Made by a program: the position numbers and the translations under genes. Source: Candidatus Micrarchaeota archaeon (GTDB lineage Archaea > Micrarchaeota > Micrarchaeia > Anstonellales > Bilamarchaeaceae). Taken from it: 64,000 nucleotides of DNA. Numbering within the stretch: position 1 is the first letter of the stretch; each line of letters starts with the position of its first letter. A model generated the notes under the pieces. The model was not told where the DNA came from, ran no database searches, and was given only the letters and a program-made list of their open reading frames with translations. Below, piece by piece: positions 8,925 to 18,066 of this stretch. The DNA lies in contig WJMN01000025.1 of NCBI GenBank assembly GCA_014727925.1, forward strand, positions 2,575-66,574, given 5' to 3'.

Positions 8925-10640
8925 TCAGCTGCCCTTATTTTCCCTGAACTTTTTAAGCCGGTCGCGCATTAGTTCCTTGTCGCTTTTCTTTGGGGGCCTG
9001 GGCGGGTTCCTGAGCACAAGATACCAGCCGAGCATTGAGCCTCCGACCAGCAGAACAAGGGCCACTGCGAACACTATGAACACCATGTTCGGGCCCTCCT
9101 CCTCTTCAGAGGCATAAGCCTGCTGGGATTCTGGGGGAGCAGGCTCTTCTTTAGCAGGTGGCACCTCAGGCTCCGGAGCAGGCGGAGGCTCAGGTGGCAC
9201 CTCGGGCTCGGAAACACTTACTGCCTTCTGGGAGGAAACGTTGCCATACCTGGCCTGTAATACAAAGGCACCTTCTGAGGGAATGGAAAAAGTGAGGTTG
9301 CCTTCAGAATTAGTATAGCCTGCAAGGAAGGGGAAGGATGGATCATCAAAATAGTATATTGCTGTGCTGCCCAGAGGCTCGCCATCCTGGTCCATGGCCT
9401 GGATGGTGATGTTCTCCCCCACCTCTACATATGTTGGGGAATGAAGCATAATCACTACAACATACCTCTCTGGTTCGGGTTCCGGAGGACGCTCTCCAAG
9501 CGCATAGGAGCCGTTGAGGCCAGGGAGGCTAAATTCCATGATTCGGGGGGAATGCTCCTGCGGCACGGGAGAATTAAGTGCTGTGCCTGAATTAATAATG
9601 GATTCTCTTGTGGTGTATTTGGAATCGGCCCGGAAAACAGCAGTTTCATTTTCAACCCCGGGGTCCTCCATGTAAACAGTCACATCTTCAAGAGAAAGGG
9701 GGACAGTGCCTGATGCATCTATTGAAACAACTCCTGGCTCAAGAATTATGTTGGAGCTGTTAAAATAATAGAACCGGGTTGTAGTGTATGGCTTGCGGGC
9801 GGAAAACTTGCCAAATGTTGCAGAGCCCGGAGTGCCTTTTTCGCCCAGGCTAAAATTTGTGAAGCTAAATGCCTTGCTCTGCATCGCAAAAAACAAGGGC
9901 TGTCCGTATATGTAGTTGTTTCCAAAAGTATTCATCGTTTCCCTTATGAGTATGGCGTATCCGGCATTATTGTGGAAAGTGTTGCCCTGGATAATGGAGG
10001 AAACCCCGTAAAGGTCTACCGGGGTGAGAAGCCCATGGAAATCATTTCCTGAAACCGTGGTTCCTTCGCAGAAACCCTCAGTGTAAACCCCGAATTCAGA
10101 GCCGGTAAACTCATTAGATAGGATGTGGTAGTCACCGCTTGAAGTGACATAGACCCCATAATCGCGGTTTGAAAAATAGCTGTTGCTGACTTCGCCGCCC
10201 GCCCAGCCATCTAAGCGGAGTCCAACGTTGTTGTTGGTGAAGCTGGCATCGGTGATGTCTGCGTCCCTTCCCTCATGCAGGGAAACTCCTTCCTTGCAGG
10301 AGTCCGCCTCCAAGCCTTCAAGATGCAGATTTCCCACTCCGCTTTCTGCATAAATGCCATATTTGAAAAAACCCACCTTGCAGTCTTTCAGGTGGATATT
10401 CTTCTCATTCTCCAGTATTCTTATTCCAGTAGAAGAATAGCTGCCAAGGAGCTGGTGGCCCCCACAGTCCAGAGTCACGCTGCTTGCATCAATCTTTATG
10501 CAGTTATTGTCTCCGGCATATTCAATATCGGAGACCAGGTAATACATGCCGGTTTCACCAATTGTAGTGCAGCTGTCTATATTCTCTGCAAGGGAAAATG
10601 CCAGGCCTGCCAGAAACAGGAACAACAATATTCTTCTCAT
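8925..10640 (-). CDS. cell-surface protein with a right-handed parallel beta-helix region, Pro-rich stalk and C-terminal TM anchor
   Basis: Signal peptide MRRILLFLFLAGLAFSLA. Repeated G/N-rich beta-helix-like turns. PEVPPEPPPAPEPEVPP stalk, then TM segment MVFIVFAVALVLLVGGSMLGWYLVL and a basic tail. Confidence 0.7.
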   Translation of the reverse strand: MRRILLFLFLAGLAFSLAENIDSCTTIGETGMYYLVSDIEYAGDNNCIKIDASSVTLDCGGHQLLGSYSSTGIRILENEKNIHLKDCKVGFFKYGIYAESGVGNLHLEGLEADSCKEGVSLHEGRDADITDASFTNNNVGLRLDGWAGGEVSNSYFSNRDYGVYVTSSGDYHILSNEFTGSEFGVYTEGFCEGTTVSGNDFHGLLTPVDLYGVSSIIQGNTFHNNAGYAILIRETMNTFGNNYIYGQPLFFAMQSKAFSFTNFSLGEKGTPGSATFGKFSARKPYTTTRFYYFNSSNIILEPGVVSIDASGTVPLSLEDVTVYMEDPGVENETAVFRADSKYTTRESIINSGTALNSPVPQEHSPRIMEFSLPGLNGSYALGERPPEPEPERYVVVIMLHSPTYVEVGENITIQAMDQDGEPLGSTAIYYFDDPSFPFLAGYTNSEGNLTFSIPSEGAFVLQARYGNVSSQKAVSVSEPEVPPEPPPAPEPEVPPAKEEPAPPESQQAYASEEEEGPNMVFIVFAVALVLLVGGSMLGWYLVLRNPPRPPKKSDKELMRDRLKKFRENKGS

Positions 10641-10731
10641 CTGCCCACCTATGCTAAAATCGGAGAAAAGAATTAAATTGCTTGTTATTTTGGGAAAAAG
10701 AAAAGAAAAAAAAGAAGGGGGGTTCCCCTGC

Positions 10732-12852
10732 TTATTCCGAAGGCATTTCCGGGCCTGCCCCCAATTCGGGGCATTCTGTCTCCCAGGGCTTGATGCACTC
10801 CTTCAGGGACTCGCACCACACATACCCTGCAGAGCCTTTGCAGCCGTGCTCATCAGTATCCCCGCCTGTTTCTGTGCCAGGGACATTAACGGTTGCAGTA
10901 TTGGACTGGTCTCCTTCATTGCCTGCACTGTCTACTGCAGTTACATAATATGCATACTCATAACCTTCGGATACCCCCGTGTCGCGCCAGGTTGTGCTCC
11001 TTGTGCTCCCAACCTTGCTAAACATCCCGAGGTCTGTGTTGCTGCGGTAGATGTAATACTCATGGATATCCCCTGAAGGCCTGTCCCAGCTTAGGTGCAC
11101 CACGCTGTTCCTGTCCACTGTTGCGCTCAGGTGCCTTGGCGGCCCGGGCGGTTCAGCATCAAGGTAGATGGATGCATGTGCGCTTTCCTTTCCATAGTCA
11201 TTCTTGCACTGGTAATATACTGTCTTTTTGCCGCCCCCGTCTGAAAGCGTCCAGTCCATGCTGGTTGTGTAGTGGCGGTAAGAAGACCAGCTCTCACCAT
11301 AGTTCTTGAGCCTGCAGGCATCTGCATTTGTTGCGTGCAGCTTAAGGGTTACGTCCCTGCTGGAGGTATGTGAGGCCCCGTTGTTTATCTTTATCCTCAT
11401 GCTGGATGGGGGGTTGGGCTCCCTTTTGGAGTAAGTAATGTCTGCCTCTGCAGAGCCAAGGTCGTTGCCATTGGAATCCTTGCAGTTGTAGTGGACAGTC
11501 TTGTCTCCTTCCCCTGAAGAGAGCGTCCAGTACTTCCTTGTTGTGTAGCTGCTCCAGCCGCTCCAGTCGCCCCCTTCATTCCTATACCTGCACTGGTCTG
11601 CTGCAAAGCAGTAAAGGCCGAGCTTCACGTCCCTGGAGTTGGTCCAGTCATCCCCATTGTCTATTTCTATTGAGATTTTGTCTCCCTTGTGGGTGTCAAG
11701 CACAACAGAGTCGGAAGCAACCTGGGAAAGCTGCCCCTCTGTGCTCTTGCACTCCACATAAACCGTTTTTGTGCCGTCTCCTGAACTGAGTGTCCACTGT
11801 TTCTCCTGCACATATGGGACCCAGTTGCCCCATACTTTATTTTCGTTTGAAAACCTGCACTCTGCTGCATTGTCTGCAATTACATCCAGGGTTACATACC
11901 TTGTATCTACATACCCTGAGCCGCTTTCAATGTGGAGCTCTACTCCGGTTGGGGTAGTGTCCACAGAGAAGCTTACGGATTCTTCTGCAGAATTTACACC
12001 ATCGTTGCAGCTTATTGTAAGGGTGTGTTGCCCTGGGTTTGCATTTACGGTCATTGTGTCCTGCTCCCCAACATCCAGGTGGCCGATTGCAATGGCCCCG
12101 CCATCCACATCACCGCTGCAGGAGATTGTGGAGGACATTGGGTCTGTGACTGTAAACTTGAGTTCAAACTGGGTGGCATAACTGGCTCCGCTCTCTGGAG
12201 AAGATATTGAGATGCTTGGCCCGCTGCTGTCCAGCTCAATGGATGCGCTTACAGGTATTGCTTCGTTTCCTTGAGCATCCCTGCATTTGTAATAGACGTC
12301 CTTCATTCCATCACCGGAAGAAAGCTGCCAGTCCATTGAAGTTGTGTAAGCTGCCCAGTCGCTCCAGGTTGATTTGTCGTTGGAAACCCTGCACTCAGAT
12401 GCGCCCGTTGCTGAAAGCGTGAGCGTAACATCCGGGCTGTTTGTATGCGTGGCCCCGTTGTTGACCTGGACTGAGAGCCCGCTTGGGGGGTTCACATCAG
12501 TTGATGCGCTCGCCTGCTCTGTGTTGGTATCTTCTGTACCGCCTGAGGTAACTGAGCGGACAGTGTAGTAATATACTACGCTGCTCTCCACATTTGTGTC
12601 TGTGTAAGAGGTTCCGGTTACCAGCACAGGGTTGATTTTCACTCCCAGGTCCCCTGCGGCCGTGCTCCGGTACACATTGTACCCGGTAACATCGGCTTTC
12701 TGGGATGGGTTCCAGTTGACTTCAATTCCTCCTGCGACAGCTTTTGCGGTTACTCCGGTTGATTCTGGCCCGCCTCCGGGGCAGCCGGCAAGTAGCACAA
12801 AAGAAAGCAGTACAAGTCCCAAAAATACTAATAGTATGTTCTTGTTTTGCAT
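10732..12852 (-). CDS. secreted lipoprotein-like surface protein with FN3-like ends and four ~110-aa internal repeats
   Basis: Lipobox-like LLAGCPGG. FN3-like YNVYRS..YYYTVRSV and YYIYRS..YAYYVTAVD. Four copies of the pattern ECR..N....W..W..Y.....W.LS.G.G.K.VYY.C.D..GN. Confidence 0.7.
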   Translation of the reverse strand: MQNKNILLVFLGLVLLSFVLLAGCPGGGPESTGVTAKAVAGGIEVNWNPSQKADVTGYNVYRSTAAGDLGVKINPVLVTGTSYTDTNVESSVVYYYTVRSVTSGGTEDTNTEQASASTDVNPPSGLSVQVNNGATHTNSPDVTLTLSATGASECRVSNDKSTWSDWAAYTTSMDWQLSSGDGMKDVYYKCRDAQGNEAIPVSASIELDSSGPSISISSPESGASYATQFELKFTVTDPMSSTISCSGDVDGGAIAIGHLDVGEQDTMTVNANPGQHTLTISCNDGVNSAEESVSFSVDTTPTGVELHIESGSGYVDTRYVTLDVIADNAAECRFSNENKVWGNWVPYVQEKQWTLSSGDGTKTVYVECKSTEGQLSQVASDSVVLDTHKGDKISIEIDNGDDWTNSRDVKLGLYCFAADQCRYRNEGGDWSGWSSYTTRKYWTLSSGEGDKTVHYNCKDSNGNDLGSAEADITYSKREPNPPSSMRIKINNGASHTSSRDVTLKLHATNADACRLKNYGESWSSYRHYTTSMDWTLSDGGGKKTVYYQCKNDYGKESAHASIYLDAEPPGPPRHLSATVDRNSVVHLSWDRPSGDIHEYYIYRSNTDLGMFSKVGSTRSTTWRDTGVSEGYEYAYYVTAVDSAGNEGDQSNTATVNVPGTETGGDTDEHGCKGSAGYVWCESLKECIKPWETECPELGAGPEMPSE

Positions 12853-12957
12853 TCCCACACCGCAGCCTACTACTGGGAGAAAGTATAAATAGGTTTCTGG
12901 GTGTTCTGGGTTGAGTAGTTTGGGGGTATGGCTGGCATAGTGGGGCAGAAGAGAAAC

Positions 12958-12984
12958 TTATTTAAAGACTTCTATAATAAATAG
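12958..12984 (+). promoter_or_regulatory. two adjacent TATA-like boxes upstream of the rpl3 operon
   Basis: TTATTTAAAG and TCTATAATAAATAG lie about 110-135 nt upstream of the rpl3 ATG, which implies a leader of about 100 nt. Confidence 0.4.
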
Positions 12985-13096
12985 TGCTACTTCTTTCGTT
13001 TATCGCGTCCCTTCATCCTGAGGCCGGTTTCCGGTTTCGGGGGCTGCAGCCCGGGAGGCTGTTGTTGAGGAAGGGCTACGCAAAAGAGGGAAATTT

Positions 13097-14065
13097 ATGA
13101 CAGATATTTGGAAGCCCCGAAAGGGTTCGTTAGCATTCAGGCCGAGAGGCAGGGCAAGAAGCCAGGTGCCCAGGGTCAGACACTGGGCTGAGTCCGGAGA
13201 GTCAAGGCTGCTTGGGTTTGCAGGATACAAGGCAGGAATGACGCACCTGACATTCATAGACGACACTGATGGCCCCACAAACGGGCAGGAAGTATGCTCT
13301 GCAGTAACCGTCATTGAGGTTCCCCATCTCTATGTTTATGGGATACGGGGGTACAAAGACGGGAGAATAACCGGAGACAGGCTTGTTGAGGATGGCAAAA
13401 TGCTCAGCAGGCTGGGAATCGGGAAACAGGGAGGCAGCAAGAAAAAACCTGCAACAGTTGAATTCAATGAAGAGAATGTTTCGCGGATTTCTGTGCTTGT
13501 CGCACTTTACCCGGAAAGAACAGGAATCGGGAAAAAGCACCCGGAAAAGATGGAAATCCCGGTTGGTGGCTCGGGAATTAATGAAAAAATTGAGTACGCG
13601 CAGTCAAAGCTCGGGAAGGAGATGGGCGCAGAAGATATATTCAAGGGAGGAGAATACCTTGACGTAATCTCCATCTCAACAGGAAAGGGATGGCAGGGCA
13701 CAAGAAAAAGGTTTGGAACCGCCCTGCACAGGCCAAAGGCAACAAAACAGAGAAGGGCCTCGGGAACCCTGGGGCAGTGGCACCCTGCATACATACTTTA
13801 CACTGCAAGGAGAGCAGGGCAGCTGGGGTACCATACGAGGACTGAAGCAAACAAGAGAATAATGAAAATCGGCAATGATGTGGATGAGGTGAATCCCAAG
13901 GGCGGATTCCCGCACTACGGCTTTGTAAAAAACGAGTATGTGCTGCTCAAGGGCTCTGTGCCCGGACCGGTAAAAAGAATGGTCAGGCTTAGGCTGGGCA
14001 CAAGGGCGCCTGAAAAGGTGCAGGAGCCAAAACTTACCTCCATATCTGTGGAATCAAAGGTGTGA
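13097..14065 (+). CDS. rpl3: 50S ribosomal protein uL3
   Basis: PRKGSLAFRPRGRA, FAGYKAGMTH, GKGWQGT. First gene in the conserved archaeal order. Confidence 0.95.
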   Translation: MTDIWKPRKGSLAFRPRGRARSQVPRVRHWAESGESRLLGFAGYKAGMTHLTFIDDTDGPTNGQEVCSAVTVIEVPHLYVYGIRGYKDGRITGDRLVEDGKMLSRLGIGKQGGSKKKPATVEFNEENVSRISVLVALYPERTGIGKKHPEKMEIPVGGSGINEKIEYAQSKLGKEMGAEDIFKGGEYLDVISISTGKGWQGTRKRFGTALHRPKATKQRRASGTLGQWHPAYILYTARRAGQLGYHTRTEANKRIMKIGNDVDEVNPKGGFPHYGFVKNEYVLLKGSVPGPVKRMVRLRLGTRAPEKVQEPKLTSISVESKV

Positions 14066-14068
14066 TAG

Positions 14069-14848
14069 ATGAAAGCTGACAGTTATACAATGAAGGGAAC
14101 CCCTGGGAAGAAAATCGACCTGCCGGGGCAGTTTGAGCAGGAAGTCCGGGAGGAGATGATAAGGAGGGCAGTGCTCAGTGATGAAAGCAGGGAATACCAG
14201 CCAAAGGGGAGCTACCGGTTCGCAGGAATGGAAACATCCGCAAAATACCGGGGAAGAAAAGGCGCATATGGTTCCCTTAAGAACAGGGGGCAGGCAATGC
14301 TTCCGAGGGAAGTCAGGCCTGAAGGGCTCATGGGCAGGGTAGCCAAAATACCCTCCGCAAAAGGCGGGAGGAGGGCGCATCCCCCAAAGCCGGAAAAGAA
14401 AATTGTAGAGAATATTAACAAAAAGGAATACCACAAGGCGCTTATCAGTGCAATAGCAGCAACCGCCCACCCGGAGCTTGTAAAAGCAAGGGGGCACATC
14501 TTTGAAAACGAAGCGCCAATCGTATTTGAGGATGGCCTTGAGAAAGCCAAGAAAACAAAGGAGGTGCTTGAGGCACTTGCGCCGGTCATAGGAAAGGACC
14601 TTGAGAGGGCAAAAAACAACCGGAAGCCCAGAAGCGGAACCCGGAAAAGGAAGGCAGGGACCAGGACCCCAAAAAGCGCGCTCATTGTGGTGAGCGGCGG
14701 GGACATCCTGAAATCAGCAAGAAACCTAACCGGGGTGGACGTGATAAGTGTAGGCGAGCTAAAGGTAAAACACCTTGCGCCCGGGACCCATCCAGGAAGG
14801 CTTACCATATATACCGAAGCCGCGCTCAAAAAGATAGGGGAGTTGTGA
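14069..14848 (+). CDS. rpl4: 50S ribosomal protein uL4
   Basis: Archaeal L4 pattern (SYRFAGMETSAKYRGRKGAYGSLKNRGQAM) and position after rpl3. Confidence 0.95.
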   Translation: MKADSYTMKGTPGKKIDLPGQFEQEVREEMIRRAVLSDESREYQPKGSYRFAGMETSAKYRGRKGAYGSLKNRGQAMLPREVRPEGLMGRVAKIPSAKGGRRAHPPKPEKKIVENINKKEYHKALISAIAATAHPELVKARGHIFENEAPIVFEDGLEKAKKTKEVLEALAPVIGKDLERAKNNRKPRSGTRKRKAGTRTPKSALIVVSGGDILKSARNLTGVDVISVGELKVKHLAPGTHPGRLTIYTEAALKKIGEL

Positions 14849-14853
14849 TTAAT

Positions 14854-15102
14854 ATGATATTAAAGGAGCCGATAAAGACGGAAAAAGCGATTGGGAAAAT
14901 AGAATTCGAGAACACCATCACCTTCAAGGTGGATGAGAGAGCCACCAAGAAAGACGTCCAGGATGAGATTGAAAAGCTGTTCAAGGTAAAAGTAAAATCA
15001 GTAAATACCTACCTTGCCCCAAAAGGGGGGAAAAGGGCAGTAGTGAGGCTTGCGGAAGGCCATAAGGCCGAGGATATTTCATCCAAACTTAAGATGGCAT
15101 AG
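14854..15102 (+). CDS. rpl23: 50S ribosomal protein uL23
   Basis: ILKEPIKTEKAIGKIEFENTITFKVDERATKKDV..VNTY, with conserved synteny. ATG at 14854. Confidence 0.93.
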   Translation: MILKEPIKTEKAIGKIEFENTITFKVDERATKKDVQDEIEKLFKVKVKSVNTYLAPKGGKRAVVRLAEGHKAEDISSKLKMA

Positions 15103-15110
15103 GTGAATGC

Positions 15111-15842
15111 ATGGGTAAAAGACTGAGGTCACAAAGAAGGGGAAGCGGAAGTTCCAGGTACCGGTCAGCTAAAAACAGGTACAAGGTAAAGCTTAGATAC
15201 AGGTCATATGACGATGTTGAGAAAACAGGTGTGATTCGCGGCCAGGTGACCGGATTCATGGATGACCCTGCAAGAAATGCCATATTAATGAAAGTAAAAT
15301 ATGATAATCACGAAGAAGGTTACCTAATAGCCCCGGAGGGGGTATGTGAAGGCGATTACGTGGAGCTGGGGGTACAGGCAAGGCTTGCCTTCGGCAACGT
15401 GCTGCCGCTCTATAGGATACCTGAAGGTACAGCGATATACAATGTTGAAAAGGTACCCGGAGACGGAGGAAAATTCATAAGGGCTCCCGGCACTGCGGGC
15501 CTTGTTGTTGGAAAGGAGGATAACCGGATTTCCATAAAGCTTCCCAGCAAGAGGACCATAACGGTTTCGTCAGAATCAAGGGCACAGATAGGTGTCGTAA
15601 ACGGAGGAGGGCTGAAGGAGAGGCCCCTGAAGAAAGCAGGGACTGCATACTACAAACACAAGGCAAAGAGCACAAGGCTGTGGCCAAGGACCCGGGGTGT
15701 GGCGATGAACGCTTACACCCACCCGCATGGTGGAAAGCACCACCACGCAGGAAAATCAACCAGTGTGGCCAGGGGAACGCCCCCGGGAAGAAAAGTCGGG
15801 CATATTGCGTCCAAGAGAACCGGGAGGAAAACAAAAGGGTGA
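15111..15842 (+). CDS. rpl2: 50S ribosomal protein uL2
   Basis: GKRLRSQRRGSGS...HPHGGKHHHAGKSTSV..PPGRKVG. Confidence 0.97.
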   Translation: MGKRLRSQRRGSGSSRYRSAKNRYKVKLRYRSYDDVEKTGVIRGQVTGFMDDPARNAILMKVKYDNHEEGYLIAPEGVCEGDYVELGVQARLAFGNVLPLYRIPEGTAIYNVEKVPGDGGKFIRAPGTAGLVVGKEDNRISIKLPSKRTITVSSESRAQIGVVNGGGLKERPLKKAGTAYYKHKAKSTRLWPRTRGVAMNAYTHPHGGKHHHAGKSTSVARGTPPGRKVGHIASKRTGRKTKG

Positions 15843-15848
15843 GTTTGA

Positions 15849-16247
15849 ATGGTTAAAAAAGAACTTTTCAGAGGAATGGAAGAAGAAGAGGTTAAAGGCG
15901 TGGGCATGGAGGACTTCCTCCAGATGCTTACTTCCAGAGAAAGGAGAACATTAAAGAGGATTAACCAGAACCCGAGCCTGAAGCATCTTGTAGAAAAGGC
16001 GAGGAAGGTGAAAGAAAAGGACCCTAAGAAAATGATAAAGACCCACTGCAGAGAAGCAGTTATCCTCCCTGAGTGGATGGGGCTCATCTTTGGGGTTTAC
16101 AACGGAAAGGAGTTCAAGCGGGTTGAGATAACAATCAAGCACCTCGGAAAGAGGCTTGGGGAATTCTCGCACAGCACCGGAAGGGTTATGCACTCTGGCC
16201 CGGGTGTGGGAGCCACAAGGGGTTCAAAGTTCGTGCCCCTGAAATGA
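15849..16247 (+). CDS. rps19: 30S ribosomal protein uS19
   Basis: GVYNGKEFKRVEI..MLGKRLGEFS-like core and GPGVGATRGSKFVPLK C-terminus. Confidence 0.95.
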   Translation: MVKKELFRGMEEEEVKGVGMEDFLQMLTSRERRTLKRINQNPSLKHLVEKARKVKEKDPKKMIKTHCREAVILPEWMGLIFGVYNGKEFKRVEITIKHLGKRLGEFSHSTGRVMHSGPGVGATRGSKFVPLK

Positions 16248-16257
16248 TGTGATGTGA

Positions 16258-17043
16258 ATGAGTTACTCATACAAAATTGAAAACGAGTCGGACTTTGCCA
16301 AGGCAAGAGTAGAGGATGTAAATGCATCCCCCAAGGACCTTGCAGAAGTCTGCTACAACATCAGAAGAAAACCGGCCGAAGCGGCACTTCAGCTGCTAGA
16401 AGAGGCAAAGGCACGGAAGCGGCCCATACGGTACCGTGCCCACAACACAAGGATGGCCCACAGAAAAGAGCTGCAGGGGCAGAAGGGAAGGTGGCCTGTG
16501 AAGTGTGTTGGGATTGTGCTCAAGTGCCTTGAATCCGCAGTTGCAAATGCAAAGGAGAGGGGCCTGAGCGAAGAGCTTGTAGTTGCCCATGCATCAGCAA
16601 ACAAGAAACACTCATATATGCGCTATTCCTCCAAGGGAAGAAGAAACATCTCCAGGCTGGAAACCGCCCGTGTGGAGATTGTGCTTAAAGAGAAAGAAGA
16701 GGGAAAGAAGAAACGGCTTGAGGAAGAGAAAAAGAAGAAAGAGGAAAAATCAAAGAAAAACGCCGCAGAAGAGAAGAAAAAGAAGGAGGAGCAGAAGAAG
16801 GCAGCGGAAAAATCGGAGGCTTCCCAGAAGAAGGAAGAAAAACCCGGGGCGAAGAAAGAGGAAAAAGCTGCAAAGCCGGAAGAGAAGGGGGAAAAGCCGG
16901 AAACAGCGAAAGCAACACCTGAAGAGAAAAAGGAAGCTCCGGAGCCCGAAACAAAGAAGGGGGTGGAGCCTCCGGAAAAAAAGGCAGTGCCCAAAACCGA
17001 AAAGCCGAAACCTGAAACCAAGGGCAAAGAAGAGGTGAAATGA
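16258..17043 (+). CDS. rpl22: 50S ribosomal protein uL22 with a ~115-aa Lys/Glu/Pro-rich C-terminal extension
   Basis: The first ~145 aa form the L22 core (AKARVEDVNASPKDLAEVCYNIRRK..). They are followed by KEKEEGKKKRLEEEKKKKEEKSKK...KPKPETKGKEEVK. Confidence 0.92.
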   Translation: MSYSYKIENESDFAKARVEDVNASPKDLAEVCYNIRRKPAEAALQLLEEAKARKRPIRYRAHNTRMAHRKELQGQKGRWPVKCVGIVLKCLESAVANAKERGLSEELVVAHASANKKHSYMRYSSKGRRNISRLETARVEIVLKEKEEGKKKRLEEEKKKKEEKSKKNAAEEKKKKEEQKKAAEKSEASQKKEEKPGAKKEEKAAKPEEKGEKPETAKATPEEKKEAPEPETKKGVEPPEKKAVPKTEKPKPETKGKEEVK

Positions 17044-17873
17044 TGGCTATAGAAACTAAATTCATAGACAACCCCATCGAAAGGCACAAAGTAATGAAAT
17101 ACCTAGAAAGGGAGCTGGACAGGGCAGGAGTGGCGAGCATAGAAATACAGAGAACCCCAGTAACCACCAGGATTGCGATTGAAGTGCTCAACCCGGGAAG
17201 AGTTATCGGAAAGAAGGGCAAGACCATCAACAAGCTTACAGAAACCCTGAAGCAGAAATTCAAGCTGGACAATCCGCAGATAAGTGTGGTTGAAGTAGAA
17301 AACCCTGCACTGGAGCCCAGGCTCATTGCAAAAAAGGCAGCAAGACACATAGAGATGGGCAAAAAAGTGAGGGCAGTGCTCCACTTCCTGCTCAAGGACA
17401 TCATGAGGAATGGTGCACTTGGCGGGGAGATTGTTGCTGCAGGAAAAATCGGGGCAAAGGGGGCAAGGAGCAAAAGCCTCAGGGTTGCGGACGGATACAT
17501 ACCCAAGGCGGGCGAGCCGGCAAGGCTGGTTAATGAGGCGCACGTTTCAGCAAACACCAAATCAGGAGTAATCGGGGTATTGGTAAGGGTTGCGCCCCCG
17601 GGAACGGTTTTCCCGGACAAGCCGGAAGGTGCAGAAATATGCTCAAGCATCACAAGTGAAGACAGGTATGTGAAACGCACAGACAGGGGAGGAAGGAGGC
17701 AGCAGGAAACCGAGAGAGTGCAGGGTCCTCCAAAAGACGTAAGTGCAAGGCCCGGGAAAAAATCCGAGGAGAAGGCGGGCACCAAAACAGAAAACCCGGA
17801 ACCCGGAACCAAAGGAGAGAAGAGAGTTCCGGGAAAGGAGAAGGTGGCTGAAGAGAAAAAAGGGGTGAAATGA
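17040..17873 (+). CDS. rps3: 30S ribosomal protein uS3 with a basic/Glu-rich C-terminal tail
   Basis: KH domain (IEIQRTPVTTRIAIEVLNPGRVIGKKGKTINKL). ATGA overlap with rpl22. Confidence 0.93.
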   Translation: MMAIETKFIDNPIERHKVMKYLERELDRAGVASIEIQRTPVTTRIAIEVLNPGRVIGKKGKTINKLTETLKQKFKLDNPQISVVEVENPALEPRLIAKKAARHIEMGKKVRAVLHFLLKDIMRNGALGGEIVAAGKIGAKGARSKSLRVADGYIPKAGEPARLVNEAHVSANTKSGVIGVLVRVAPPGTVFPDKPEGAEICSSITSEDRYVKRTDRGGRRQQETERVQGPPKDVSARPGKKSEEKAGTKTENPEPGTKGEKRVPGKEKVAEEKKGVK

Positions 17874-18052
17874 TGGCAGTGTACAAGATTTCAGAACTCC
17901 GCGGGCTGGATGAGTCGGAACTCAAAAAGAAGCTTGATGAGCTTAACCTAGCATTGCTTGAAGCAGGTGAAGAAAACCCAAAGAAAAACAGGGAAATACG
18001 GAAGGCAATTGCAAGGATAAAAACAATCCGGAATGAGAAAAAGAGCGTATAA
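17870..18052 (+). CDS. rpl29: 50S ribosomal protein uL29
   Basis: ELRGLDESELKKKLDELNLALLEA...IRKAIARIKT. ATGA overlap with rps3. Confidence 0.88.
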   Translation: MMAVYKISELRGLDESELKKKLDELNLALLEAGEENPKKNREIRKAIARIKTIRNEKKSV

Positions 18053-18066
18053 AAGAGGGAAACAAA

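Noticed and set aside
16685-17812. 375-aa minus-strand ORF, plus the 154-aa and 151-aa ORFs at 16583-17087
   Set aside because: They are antisense or alternative frames of rpl22/rps3. Their composition is low-complexity (S/F/L/P-rich or R/K-rich) and is produced by the GAA/AAG-rich tail-coding DNA. The sense frames encode clearly conserved ribosomal proteins.
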